Positions 24,300-37,087 of a stretch of DNA of 64,000 nt are shown here, piece after piece. The stretch is from NCBI RefSeq assembly GCF_018350175.1, contig NC_058368.1, positions 118,360,001 to 118,424,000 of the forward strand. Reading direction: 5' to 3'. Both the position numbers and the translations under genes were made by a program. The number at the start of each line of letters is the position of its first letter. Position 1 is the first letter of the stretch. Under the pieces are notes generated by a model that had not been told where the DNA came from, did no database searches, and was given only the letters and a program-made list of their open reading frames with translations. Origin of the DNA: Felis catus. Taxonomy: Eukaryota.

Positions 24300-25000
24300 G
24301 TTTTTAAAGATTATTTTTTAATTAACTAATTAGTTAACTTTGGAGACTGAGGGTGTGAGCAGGGGAGAGTGGCAAAGGGACAGAAACAGAGAATCTCAAG
24401 CAGGCTCCATGCTGAGCATGGAGACCAATGCAGGGCTTGATCTCCTGACCATGAGATCATGTATGACCTCAGGCAAAAACGAGAGTTGGACACTTAACTG
24501 ACTGCACCCCCCCAGGCACCCCAAGATGCCATTCTTAAAACTAATGATTTTCGGGGTGCCTGGGTGGCTCAGTCGGTTGAGCGTCCCACTTCGGCTCAGG
24601 TCGTGATCTTGTGGTTCACAAGTTTGAGCCCTACATTGGGCTCTGTGCTTACAGCTGGGAGCCTGGAGCCTGCTTCGGATTCTGTGTCTCCCTCTCTCTC
24701 TGAACCTACTCCACTCTGTCTCTGTCTCTCTCAAAAATAAATATTAAAAAAATTTTTTTTATTATGTTTCTTTATTTTTGAGAGGCAGAGACAGACAGGG
24801 CATGAGTTGGGGAGGGGCAGAGAGAAAGAGAGACACAGAATCCGAAGCAGGCTCCAGGCTCTGAGTTGTAAGCACAGAGCCTGACGCGGGGCTCGAACTC
24901 ACAAACTGTGAAATCATGACCTGAGCCCAAGTCACTCAACTGACTGAGCCACCCAGGCGCCCCTCTCTCTCAAAAATAAATTAAAAACCATTAAAAAAAA
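24300..25000. mobile_element. Cluster of three Can-SINEs: minus (~24300-24522), plus (24553-~24750) and minus (~24753-24963) nested in the tail of the plus copy
   Basis: Inner TSD tctctctcaaaaataaat at 24725-24742 and 24964-24981; outer aatgattttc duplicated at ~24543 and ~25006. Confidence 0.93.
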
Positions 25001-27419
25001 ACAGCAATGATTTTCCATTTTGGGAACTCCCTAAGGACCATGTATTAATGTAGATGACCACAATTCAAAAGGAGGTGAAACAATAGGTTTTGTAATTATT
25101 GTGTTATGTCAGATAGGGCTGTGTCTGGCTTTGAGTAGCAGAAAACTCCATTAACGGGGCCTAAATAGGTTGTGTTCTTCTACCGTTTATGTGGTGAATG
25201 ATTGGTGGGTGGGCATTCTTGGGCTCAGGATATCACCAAGGCACCTGGCACATGGCATTCAAACCTCCCTGTTGCAAGATGGCTGCTGCTCATTAACGTA
25301 TCACATCTATATTCTAGGTAGAAAGAATAGGGAAGGAAGGTGGGCAAAAGGTGTGTGTCAGCTGTCCCCTTATCAAGAAGCCAAAACCTTTTCCAAAGCT
25401 CCTCCCAGCAGATTTCCAATGATATCTCAATGGCCAGAAAAATGGCACCTGCCACCAGCAGCTGTGTAGAAGTCTGAGGAAGTGAATTCTTTGACTGGGC
25501 CCTTGAGGTTCTACTAGTAACATAGCCTAAGTCTGAAGCTAGACGATAAGTTAGAATCTCAGCTCTGCTGTTCAGTGACTCTGACTTTAGGTTAGTTATT
25601 TTCAGTTTCCACACTATAAAATGGAGATAAGATGATAACAGGTCTTTAAGAGATTAATTGAATTGATTTTTTGTAAAGTGTTTAGGAGAGTATCTGGAAC
25701 ATAGTAAATGATATATAAAATGAATAAGGAAAGCATATTAAGTAAAAAAGTAGCAGACATGAAAACTGTTGACAACATATAAAAAACAGACTTGAATACT
25801 ACAAGTAATATGAATTTCATTAATTTCTTGAGCCAAAGAATGTTAACTAAGTGCCACCACCTTCTCTGAAGAACTGGAAAGCAACTGGACTTGTAAGGAT
25901 AGATTACTTTCTTCTTTCAGGGAAAATGAGGATTTCAGGTCTGTTTCAGTCAGTTGCTTCCACACTAACAGCAGGGCCTTTGATTTAAAGCCAAAACAAA
26001 CTAGAGGCTTGTATAATTATTGATATATTGGGGGCATACCAGAAATGGTCCTGGAAAACCACAGATATTTCAGAATAAGATACCTCCTCTTCATGAGTGA
26101 TCTTACTCCAATTTTTGGTTTGGCTATTATTAATTTCTAGATATATAAAATGTCTCTCTTATAGATATTTTACAGCTGGATAGTTATTTAAGACAGATAG
26201 ATTTGAATTCTTAGCCTAGTTCCACCACTAATTACGTGACCTTAGACACCTTGCTTTTCTCATTCTTAGTTGCCTTATCTGTAAGATAAGGATAGTGAAC
26301 AGTACCTACCTCCTAGGATTTTAGTAAAGGTGGGTAATGGAATTAAGTACTTAGCACAGATCCTACTATGCCAAAAAAGCTAAATAAATATCATTAATAT
26401 CACTACCATCATCATTATTTCTTAAAATATTTCTTACAATCATTTCTTAAAATATTTCACTGCAAACTTATTGAGTTATAGTTTAGACGCAATAAAATGT
26501 ACCCATAAATTTTGACAAATGTCAACACCTATGTAACCATGGCCACGACTGATACATGGAATATTTACAACATCACCTCAAAATCATTTTTTAAAACAGG
26601 AAAACTGATGTCTTATCCAGTAATACAAAGGCGAAGTCACTGTGTAAAGAAACATATGGTATTGACTATAAAAAAAGTAAATATGTGCTAAATAGAATTA
26701 CAAAACCATGTAGATGTAGCAGAAGGAGCATTCATTTTTAGGGGGTTGGGGGACTGGTCGGTTGTACCGCATATTATTGTTTCTGTCTATTCAGCATTAA
26801 TTCCCTCTTTTCCTGTTAACAGCACTTTGCTTGTCCTTGGGGGAAACAACTCCTCCCAATGTTTTATGTGTTAGCAGCAGGGCTGTTTAACCCCTGGCTT
26901 TAGTCTTGGAATTTCTGCTATAATTCTTAGAAAGAAAACTCTCTTCTTGCTAGTATTGCTGGATATAACTTTGGAAGAGCAGAGAGAGCCACTGAGAATG
27001 AAGACACCTTAGAGGAAGGTCAGTTCATGCGATGGAGAGAGAAATCTTGTGCTGATGTCATCACCTAAGCCCCCGGAGCCTATGTCTATTTCTGGTCCTC
27101 AGTGACAGGAGGACCTATGAACCTTCATCATGGACCAGCCCTGTTCTCCCGTTTGTGTTCAGGAGCCGTGAGTGGCCTATGCTCACCTCTGCTTATCTGG
27201 GCTCAGAGATAACATATATGAGAATGCTTTCCAATTTTCTACAAATGGAAGATCATTGTATGTAGATGGAAAATTAATTGGACAATTGAAGTCAGAAATA
27301 ATACAGATTTAAAATACACTGATACTGAAAATAGAACTATTTGGACTTATTGTTTGATTAATTTGAAGGAATTCAGACATCTTCCTAAGAATGTAGGCAA
27401 AATCATTTTGTTTAAATTA

Positions 27420-27445
27420 TTTCTTTAAGTTTATTTATCTATTTT

Positions 27446-27476
<31 letters not shown>

Positions 27477-27620
27477 TATGCATGAGCACCAGCATGTAAG
27501 AGCGGGGGAGGGGCAAAGAGGGAGGGAGAGAGAAAATCACAATGTGGGTCTCTATCCCACCAACCATGAGATCATGACCTGAGCTGAAATCATGGCTCAC
27601 GTGCCCAACCGACTTAGCCC
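27420..27620 (-). mobile_element. Can-SINE, slightly 5'-truncated
   Basis: TSD tttg(t/c)ttaaattattt; (AG)n and gagatcatgacctgagctgaa. Confidence 0.85.
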
Positions 27621-28374
27621 TTTGCTTAAATTATTTCTGTGTTTCTTATGAAGGTGATTTCTGTTTTATTGTCAGTCATAGCTACAACCTATGTTGTCAC
27701 ACGAGTTGCTGTTTCTTCCTTATCAAACTTGTGTCCCTCCTGTTGGCAGTGTGCACCTCTGAAGTACCCATTGCTGTTCTCAGAGCTGGGGCTGTGGCAG
27801 TGGACAACAAATCTCTACCTCACGGAGTTTATTTTCTATGGAGAGAGAGAGAACTGCAAATTCTATGTGCCACTTTCTGTACTCAATACTACTGCATTCT
27901 GATTCTCTTTTTCTGATAATACTGCCTGAAGTATGGGAGGTGTTTATGGAAATCCTGGATTACATTAACAAGAAGTCAAATGTTATCCACACATATTTGC
28001 CTGTAAATGGGCATATTAAGGTATATGTTTGTGTATGTGTATGTGTCACACACACTTCTTAGGTAATCTGGTTTAAGTTACAATTCTGGGCCTCAATTTC
28101 TCATTTGAAAGATGGGGATTATCATGCTACCAATATAAATGCATGTAAGTAAATAATTTAGCACAGTGTCTGGCACAAACTAAGAGCTTGAGAAATGATA
28201 GCCATTATCATTATTATTATTACATATATATTACTCATACACATTACTAATACACATATATATTGCTTTATACTTTAATTGTCTAGTATTCCTCAATAGA
28301 AGAAGATAAATCATCATGGCCCCTATTTTGTTTCATCCATTTAACATTTATTGAATATCAGGTGCTAGGCCCAA

Positions 28375-28910
28375 GGTAGCAGATTGTTTTTTCAGACATG
28401 GCTGGAAAAATATTTCTAGGTCAGCACAGAGCCCAATGTGGGGCTCAAACCCATGCGATGTGAGATCATGACCTAAGCTGAAATTGGGCACTTAACCAGC
28501 TGAACCACCCAGGTGCCCCTCATTTCTCTTTGAATCTGTGTGGGCTTGTGACTTGCTTGTAGATAATGAAGGAGGTAGAAGTGTGTGGCTTCCAAGGCTA
28601 GGCCGAAAAAGGTGATGCAGCTTTCCCCCTGTAAAGCTAGGACATTCACACTAGAGTACCGAGGCTGCCGTGCAGAGAGGAATCCAAAGTAGGGGACACA
28701 GAGAGCACACGGAGAAGCCCTGGGCCCACCCAAGGAGAGGGAGATGCTCAGCTGACCACCCGGGAGAGACTCGAAGCTGGAACTATCCAGTTAAGCTCTC
28801 CTCCAGATTCCTGACCCACAGAGATCACGAGAGAAAATAAAAAGATTGTTGTTGTTTTAAACTATTAAGTTTTGGTGTGATTTGTTACATATCAGTAGAG
28901 AACCGGAACA
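28375..28910 (+). mobile_element. MaLR LTR (MLT1-type) containing a minus-strand SINE 5' half at 28420-28519
   Basis: ttcctgacccacaga...tgttttaaactattaagttttgg...tttgttac...agtagagaaccggaaca 3' end typical of MLT1. Confidence 0.75.
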
Positions 28911-30249
28911 CTGGAACAGCATTAAACAGATCTTTCTCATCCTTGGCAAGTGAGGAGCATCTATTTTCAGGATTTTAATTATTAGTAGTTTGGGCCTCCT
29001 ATCAAGTCTAAATTTGTAGATACAACAGCAAACAGATCACATTCATTCATTCATTTATGCATTTAATGAACCAATCAATTGCATTCTCAACATTGATGCC
29101 TTCTCTGGCCCCTGAGTTGGTAACCTTTTCCCCATGTCCCCAAGCACCCAAGCCTTCTGTCTCACCATGCAGTGCTGCTACTGCTTTTTCTCCTGTCTCT
29201 CCCACCGACCAGCAGCAATTAAGTTGATTCTGTGTTATTCATCTTAGTATCTGTAGCATCTATTTAGTGCCGGCACATAGCAGACCTATTTAAAAAGACA
29301 AACAAAAAAACCTTAACTGAAGGAGGGCTGCTAGTTCCGGGACATACAAAGATTTATTCAGGGACAGTCCCTATGCTCTCGGAGTTCACACTTCAGCACT
29401 GTGGGACCCAGCCTGACAAATGCAGTGAGTTGCCGGAATTGATTCCTGTGGTGGGACAGAGGGACAACAGGGCAGCGCACTGGGGGTGGGAGGTGGGGAG
29501 GTACACAGGAAAAGATCTATTCATTTATTCCACAAATATTGGAGCGTAGCACACGTAGCACACGGTAAGCTGTCAGTATGTTACTAGATGCTAGCCGCTG
29601 TTCTAGGTGTTGGGGATGCAGCAGTGCACAAGAAAACTGCAGTGGTCCGTGCCCTCGTGAAGCTCACAGTGTATCAAAGGACGACAGGCAGGACGTGATT
29701 ATGTAAAATTTGCTTGTTGCCCAGCAGGAACACAACAGGCGGCTGAAATTCTCACAAGGACTTTAGATCCTTCGACTGGGTGCAGCCGTGGGCGGGTTTT
29801 AAGCAGGAGTGGCCATGAGGGGTACAGACTGTGGGGGGCGGAAGACTGCAGGCAAGAAGAGCTTATCATTTTAGGATGCACATATTCTCTGATTGGAATA
29901 AGAAGCGTATGTTTAGGGTTGACGTGGTGGTTCCGTGTGCTCGAAGTTCTCCCGGGGTAGGGAGGTGCGTTCTGAGTGAAAGCTCAATTGCTCAGCCGTG
30001 CAGGGCGGGCTGAATGGAACTGCAGCCCCAATTCCTAGTTTTTTTCATGCTCCGCCCATTTAGGATCCTCGGTTCTCAGACCAGCAGACGCACCACCTCG
30101 GCTTCGGACCCTGGCCGCGGCAAGTCGCCACGATCAGGAGTGGCAAGGGCCCGTGCACCGCAGCAATCACCCCTTGGGCGCCGGGTCTGCAACACAGCGC
30201 CGGCGGGAGAAGGCGGAGCTTGTGTTGCGGACCTAGGCGGTGGCGTGGG

Positions 30250-30425
30250 CCCCGCCCCCCGCCCGAGGCCCCGCCTCTAGGCCCCGCTGATTGGGTCAAG
30301 GCCGCGGAATGGCCGGGTGTCCCCGGGAGGCAGGGGGGTCGGGCTGAGACGGACACGTTGATTGGTCCTGCTGAGATTAGGTCATCGCTAGCAGGTTCGA
30401 GCGGCCCGGACGCCGGTGGGGCGGC
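30250..30425 (+). promoter_or_regulatory. TATA-less core promoter motifs: Sp/KLF GC boxes and two inverted CCAAT (NF-Y) boxes
   Basis: CCCGCCC repeats at ~30251-30275, GGGGCGG at 30418-30424, CTGATTGG at 30287-30294 and TGATTGG at 30359-30365, all ~370-540 nt upstream of the ATG. The TSS cannot be placed from sequence alone. Confidence 0.7.
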
Positions 30426-30793
30426 CGAGGCTGCTGTGAGAGGGCGCTCGAGGCTGCTGGAGAGCGAACTGGCGAAGGAGGCGGGGAGGCGGCGGCCGCA
30501 CTCGCTCGCCTGCTTCTCGTTTCCCGGCACCGCCGCGGGTCCGCCGCTGCGCTTCCTGCCCGCCCACCACTCCGTTGCGCGCCGCGGGAGCAGCGGCCCC
30601 TCCGCTGGGTCCCCGCGCGGGTCAGGAGTCTTGCGTGCCGGCGGACACCGCGCGGAGGGCGAGCCGGCGCCACACCTGTGGAGCCGGCGGGCGTCGGGGG
30701 TCCCGGCCGGGGTCCCGCCGCGCGCGTGCTTGGGGCTGCGGGCCTCCGGGGCGCCGGGGGAGGCGCGCCCCCCGGCTGGGCGACTCGGCCACT

Positions 30794-30947
30794 ATGGGGC
30801 TCCCCGCGCTCGAATTCAGCGACTGCTGCCTCGACAGCCCGCACTTCAGAGAGACGCTCAAGTCGCACGAAGCGGAGCTGGACAAGACCAACAAATTCAT
30901 CAAGGAGCTCATCAAGGACGGGAAGTCACTCATCAGCGCGCTTAAGA
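30794..30947 (+). CDS. ARHGAP26: ARHGAP26 (GRAF1, Rho GTPase-activating protein 26), first coding exon; start of the N-terminal BAR domain; 51 codons + 1 nt (phase 1)
   Basis: Translates to [51 protein letters not shown], which I recognise as the ARHGAP26 N-terminus (paralogue ARHGAP10 starts MGLQPLEFSDCYLDSPWFRE). Strong Kozak gccactATGg; canonical donor AGA|GTGAGT with GT at 30948. Confidence 0.96.
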
Positions 30948-33900
30948 GTGAGTGTCCCGAGTCCGGAGGGGACGGGGCCCTGAGGCGGGAGGGCCGTCGG
31001 GCGGCTCTCGGCCCTGGGCACCCGCGCGCCGGCTGCCGTTCCGCCCCGGGGGTCACTGAGGGACGGGTGTAGGTGCTTGCAGTGGGGCGAGACGGGGACG
31101 TAAGATGGGCGAGTCGATGAGGAAGGAGACCCGCCGCCCAGCCTTTGGCTTTCTGGGATGGCCGGGAGGTGACCGAGGGCGAGTGGTGCTCGCGGGGCAC
31201 CGCGGCTGGGTGTGCGCGGCACACAGGTGTCCCGGGAGTGGGACGCCAGTGCCCGGCGCGCCGCACCCCGTCGGGAAACCCCATCGCGTCCACCACTGCG
31301 GCTCCCGTGGGGGAACACTTGCTCACCCCTGGGTACCCAGCCAGGGAACTGGAACGTGCCCTGCCAAGGGGGCGCTGCCTCCCCTCGGGAGAAGGCGGCT
31401 AGTGATTGCTTCGCTGTCTCCGGGCCGCCCGTTTCTCCGAAAGGCACCGGCGGTGCCAGAGAAGGGCTGGGTGGAAGGGCTGCTTAGCTCACGGTTCTGG
31501 GGAGTGTTGGCAGCCAGTAATCCAGGGCCGTGTACGTGTGCAGGTTCGGATTCTTGTGTTTAGCAGAAGGTGACAGGGGTGGGAGTACAGCATCAGAGTG
31601 TTCCTTTACTCTAAACTGTGGGCGAGGGTTTAAAAATAGAACGAGCATATCCTGACTGTCTCCCTCTCCCGCTCCCTCGCTCTCCTTTCTACCTCTCCCA
31701 TTATCCTTGAAAACTCCAGGATTTTGGAGGAAATGTCCAACGTCCTCACTCAGAAAGGAGAGGTTTAAACTCGTCCTGAAAGATTCTGGAACCTTTTGTA
31801 AAACTATTTTTGCTTATTTCCTTTTGGTTAGGGGAGCACTGAAATTTGCATTCTGTGTGTGATTATCCCTTGACTTTTGCAGAGCCAGAGTTTCTCCTGG
31901 CCAAATGAGAGCGTTCTAGGGATGGGCTTCTTGGATTGGGCGGTCCTTTTTGGTGCCTTCACAGTTCTACCCATTTAAAAATAGTTGGGTTCATCTTTTA
32001 GTTTTGAGAACCGGGAATGACACGAAGGAAGATAGTGGAACTGAACTGTCTTTGGCTTTTCTTTTCCTGTCTGTGTGATGGGTATCTTAATAGGTGAGAT
32101 CTTTCAGCTAAGAAAGGTTGCATTGGCAGAGTGGGGTCCCACCTGTGAGAATTGTTCCCAGGCCTCTTTAAAGGAGACTTAACAGAAGTCAAGTGCCTGA
32201 GATGTCATTTTGTGACCCCGATGCTTCTAAAAATGTAGAGGTAGGTAGTAATGGCTTTAATTGGGCATCTGCTTATTTCAGTAAATATACACAGTGCCTG
32301 CAGTGTGCTGGTTACTGCCCTGGACCCTGACTATGTAGCAGTGAATATTTTGCTGCCCTGTGGCTACAGAGACTGATTCCTCGCCAGTGAATTGTCTGTT
32401 ACTTATTTTACAAATGAGAAAACAAGCTTGGTGAATCTTTAGTCCAGCGCCACACAGCTGTTATCAGTGGGACCTAGTTTTGAACCCCTGCATGGTCTGA
32501 GCCAGAGTTGGAGTTCCTGCTAATACAGAGCTCTTAATCCTTCCCCATCCTGCTCACCCAGAATGGATCTCCTAGACCAAGCCTGCGAGTATTTGGAATT
32601 GCAGTTGTATGTCTGCCTTGAGTATGAGTAGGGTGCATTTGTGTGACTGGCAGTTTATTTGCCTGCTACTATTTCTTTGGCAGGGGTCAGAATTCTTTGG
32701 GTAGGAGGGAATAATGCAGTAATAGGGTTTAAGAGTTATTTAAGTTGTCTAATGGAATAGAGCAGACCTGTAACTTGGGAGAAAGACTAGCGAGGAACTA
32801 AATGTTCTAATCCCTGTATATCCAGCTGTACTTAACTATACTCTTCAGCTGCTACTATTAGTTGCATAGGTCATGTGACCTCTTAAGTGGAAAGGGTGGA
32901 GTTGATCACTGTTTCCCAGATTTGAGGCATTCCATTATCATTAGGAGCTTATACAGTGTATGTTACTGTCGTAGTGTTTGTGTATTATTTTTCTTCTGTT
33001 CATCCTTCTTACTACTGAAAATGTAAAGCCGGTATTTTTAAAACTAATTAAACAGAAAAAAATAGACAATTATATAAATAACACTAGTTTAGATGATTTA
33101 TAGCCTCTTCCAACTATAAAATTTTATGGTTTTATTTTATAATTAGTATTCACAGAACTCTGGGTTTAGATTTCTTTTGTGTGTTAACCTGAGGCAATAA
33201 AACGGGCCCCTTGGGATTGCTAAAGTTCAGCTAGATCATTGTTGTTACTACTTAACATTTTATTTATGAAGAAACTGAAGGTCAGAGAGGTCGGTCACCT
33301 GCTCAAGGTGACACAGCATTTGAATGTATTTGAACCCAAGTTGTCTGATTCCAAAGTTGCCTGTGCTTAACTTAACCCCCAAGCAGAACTGTTGTCTAGG
33401 TCTGTTGTCTTTTGAATCCCCTTGAGAATCTGATAAACAAATAACCCCCTTGAAGTTTTTCCCTGGAGTCCAAGCCTCTGATCTGGATACATAGAAGATA
33501 AGCAATAAAATAATTTGGGACCTACCTTGGTGACAGTCAGCTTTTTCTGTCCTGAAAAAGGACCTATTTTCACCTAAAGGACCTAGATCTCACCTATTTG
33601 TCTAGGTCTTTCCTGTGGGTGCTGCTGTTGTGTTCAGGACTCTTTTCTTACCCTGATGAATCAGAGTCTCAGTTGGGAGGAATTTGTATGTTCAAGGCTT
33701 TCTTTCTTTCTGTAGAGACCATAGTAGCTGGAAACGAAGTTGCAGATTTAAGTTTTAGGATTTCCTAGGTTCGAATCTTAACCCGCTCACTTACTGGTTG
33801 ACTTTGGGCAAGTCACTGAGCCTGACTGAGCTCCTCCTGTGCAGTAGCCACCCTGACCTTCTAGTGTTGTGAGGATCAAATGATTCAGTGCTTATAAAGA

Positions 33901-35190
33901 AAGCACTTAGCTTAGAGCCCGGTGCATAGCACTGCTCACTTGTTGGTGGCTGTAATCATCTTTCAGCATTCGGGGTTGTCAAGACTCAGAGCAAACGTTA
34001 CTAAGAGCAGAGGGGCATTTTTTGGTTTGGGTGCAGGGAGTTAAGCAATATGCCTTCTTCATGCCACTTGTTGATAACTTACACAGTTGTGTATGTGTTA
34101 ACCACTGGTTACCGTGGGAAGAGTCCTGGCAATCCTCTTTGCATAATGTTGTGGTTATGCCAAAAAAGTTCCACAAATAAAAAAAAAAATAGTAGTAAGC
34201 CTCCCAACATTCTTTCTGTTCCTAATAACATTCTGGTAACAAATTTTCAACCTTCCGGCTAGCTTAACATCTCCCCTCAGTGGCTGGGCTGGCTGCCTCT
34301 CTCTCTTGTCTTGCAGGAAAAGCTTGCAGAATGCATTGGACTTCAGAGCGGGTGTCATGGACCCAGTGGCAAACCAAACGTGGTTTCATAGAAATGAGAG
34401 TGAATTCGGCTATTGGTTTTAAGGAGTGATGTGGGTTTTCAGGAACTGTGTCTTTCCATCTTGAGAGTTGGGTTGTGTGGACTTATGGCTATAAATTTGG
34501 CTTCTGCTTAATGAGATATAATGAATACCCTTGTTCTGATAATCTAAGATGGAAGGGGTGGGGCAAAAATCCAGATGTTAAGGTATCAACTTTTTTAAGG
34601 TATAATTTACCTTACTGTATAGTTCACCCACTTACAGAATCCAGTTCACTGGTTTTTACTACATTCACAGAATTGTGCAGTCATCCCCACAAAGAAATCT
34701 CATTCCCATTAACCATTGTTTCCCATTTTCTCCCAGCTCCCTGCTACCCCTGTCCCCAGCCCCTGTCAACCACTAAAGTATTTTCAGTCTTTATAGATTT
34801 GTCTATTCTGAACATCACATGTGCAGTTTTAATAGTTTCGTCCTAGGTGTTAGTGACCAACTTTAGGAACAGAGTTTTTCATTGGACTTTCAGGTGGGGG
34901 AACTTAGAATCTATATGCTACTCTTCTTCAAGGGCATTTAAGTAGAGGTCATATCCCAAAGATGGAACTGTTTCCCAGGGCTGGGAGGAACCCACGTGTG
35001 CTCCTTTGTGTTTCAAACTCATGAGTGGTGAATGGATTAGTTCTAGTTCCTGGTACTGTGATGGACACAGAGGAGACCAAAATAAAACTAGGAATCTAGC
35101 CCGTTCCTTCTGTGAACTTTCAGTCAAGTTGGGGCAGCATGTGTGATACTCCATAAAGCCTTACTCTGGGGTCTTACCTGCTGGGTGACA

Positions 35191-35224
35191 CTTTTTTCTT
35201 TCTTTCTTTCTTTCTTTTTCTTTT

Positions 35225-35269
<45 letters not shown>

Positions 35270-35299
35270 TTTCTTTCTTTCTTTCTTTCTGTTTCTGTT

Positions 35300-35363
<64 letters not shown>

Positions 35364-35366
35364 TTT
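35191..35366. repeat. (TTTC)n tetranucleotide microsatellite
   Basis: About 175 bp of interrupted TTTC repeats. Confidence 0.97.
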
Positions 35367-36016
35367 AACAAAATGAAGTAAATGTATATTTCGAGTCTGT
35401 AGTATTTATGAAAACTTTTGGGATGATGTGTTTTTGTTTCTTGAGCATTTACCAAGTGCCTGGCCCTATGCTGTGTCCACATTAGTCTCATTAGTCCTTA
35501 CCACCATTCTGTGAGTGAATATTCTTATTTTTCTGTATTTTAGACTTGGGGCAACTTGTCTAAGGTTACATAGCTAGTAAGTTATACAACCAGGTTTTGA
35601 ACCTAGCAATGGACTGCAGGCAGTGGACTCTCTTGAACATGACCCTTGAGTGTTTTCAGTAACCATATTAGTACTGAAGATGCAAATTCTTCATAGATCT
35701 AGACCCTAGAAAGGAGAAGCATGTGGCACATGCTAGATTAAGTGAAAGTATTGTGTCTGTTGTTTTTTCAGACTCTGAAACCTGGGTAGCAATGAATAGC
35801 TAATATTTTGTATTGTGCTTTGAAGTTTTGTGTTTCCATCATAGGATTAAAGAAACATTATAGGCTAGAAAGGAAATGATGGGAGTCTGGCTGTGTCTTG
35901 CCTTTATAAAGTGCTAGAGTTTATCTTTGGTATCAATGAGTGGTTATCAGTGATTCTTTTTAAAAATAATTTTTTTAAAAAATGTATACTTTTATAGTAT
36001 TAATATATTTTATTAT

Positions 36017-36230
36017 TTAAAACATTTTTTTAATGTTTATTTTTGAGAGAGAGAGAAACAGTGTGAGCAGGAGAGGGGCAGAGAGAGAGAGGGAGACATA
36101 GAATTCAAAGCAGTCTCCAGGCTCTGAGCTGTCAGCACAGAGCCCGACGCGGGGCTCGAACTCACGAACTGCGAGATCATGACCTGAGCCAACGTCGGAC
36201 ACCTAACTGACTGAGCCACCCAGGCGCCCC
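36017..36230 (-). mobile_element. Can-SINE, adjacent to an antisense L1 3' end (~36250-36510)
   Basis: CpG-rich reverse-complement SINE ending caggcgcccc, followed by tagtttcaggtgtacaac L1 3'UTR motif. Confidence 0.92.
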
Positions 36231-37087
36231 ACATTAATTTATTTTTTAATTAAAAAAATGTAAATTGTGCTATAATTGATATATAACTTTGTATTAGTTT
36301 CAGGTGTACAACAGGATTCTGTATTTGTGTATGTTGTGCAGGATCACAACAATAAATCTAGTTAACATCTGTCACCATACAGTTATAGAATTTTTTGTGT
36401 GTGATGAGAACTTTTAGATGTACTTTCTTAGCAACTTACAAACATACTCTATGCCACTATGAACAGTAGTCAATGTGCTGTATATCACATGATTTATTTA
36501 TTTTATAATTGGAAGTGATTCTTTTAGCTGGATAATAAAACATCAAACAGGAAGGCCAGAAACCTATTCCTGGGTCTGATTTGATAAGAAAAATGGTTTA
36601 TTCTCAATGCTCATTTAAACAAGAGTGAAAAAAGTCAACATGAAGTGTTGCATGCTTTATTATTTTTTTCTTTTTGAATTCATTATTTTTTTAAAGAGTT
36701 GGTGGTTTAAATCATGTCACACTTTTGTAGTTCTTTAGGATTTGTCATAGGCTTTTTGTAGTAGTGAGATGAGCCCTCTTGAATGGCTTCCCAAAGGATG
36801 TTCATTACCAGTCTCCTGTGTTCAGGAGTAATTATATTACTTACAAAATCCTAATAAGACAAATGGGTATGGAGTTAAGTAGCAAAAACATTTTCCCAGT
36901 TCCTTTGCTTTGCTTTAGCACCTTGCAAATTAAAGGGAAGAAAGAGACATTTGCAAATTATTTATAAATGGTGGTAATTTGTAATGCTGACATTTGGAAT
37001 ATTAGTCATACAAACATAAACAACAGTAAATTAAGTCCAAACAAGATTTTGTAGTTTTTATGTAACATTAACTTAAAAGTTCCTTAT

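Larger units (their letters stand above)
30050..31550. promoter_or_regulatory. CpG island covering the ARHGAP26 promoter, 5'UTR, exon 1 and start of intron 1
   Basis: Abrupt rise in GC content and CpG density relative to the CpG-depleted flanks; boundaries approximate. Confidence 0.93.

Noticed and set aside
1..30000. FGF1 exons in the upstream half
   Set aside because: No FGF1-like peptide appears in the ORF track, and non-coding first exons cannot be recognised from sequence alone.
30948..31072. Read-through of the exon 1 ORF into the intron (SECPESGG...GRV*)
   Set aside because: Similarity to ARHGAP26 stops exactly at a canonical GTGAGT donor; the extension is intronic.
30060..31447. Long overlapping ORFs on both strands of the CpG island (e.g. 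30220-30945 +, 30622-31326 -, 30377-30868 -, 30926-31447 -)
   Set aside because: Arg/Gly/Pro/Ala-rich shadow ORFs expected from very high GC content; mostly non-ATG starts; no recognisable domain.
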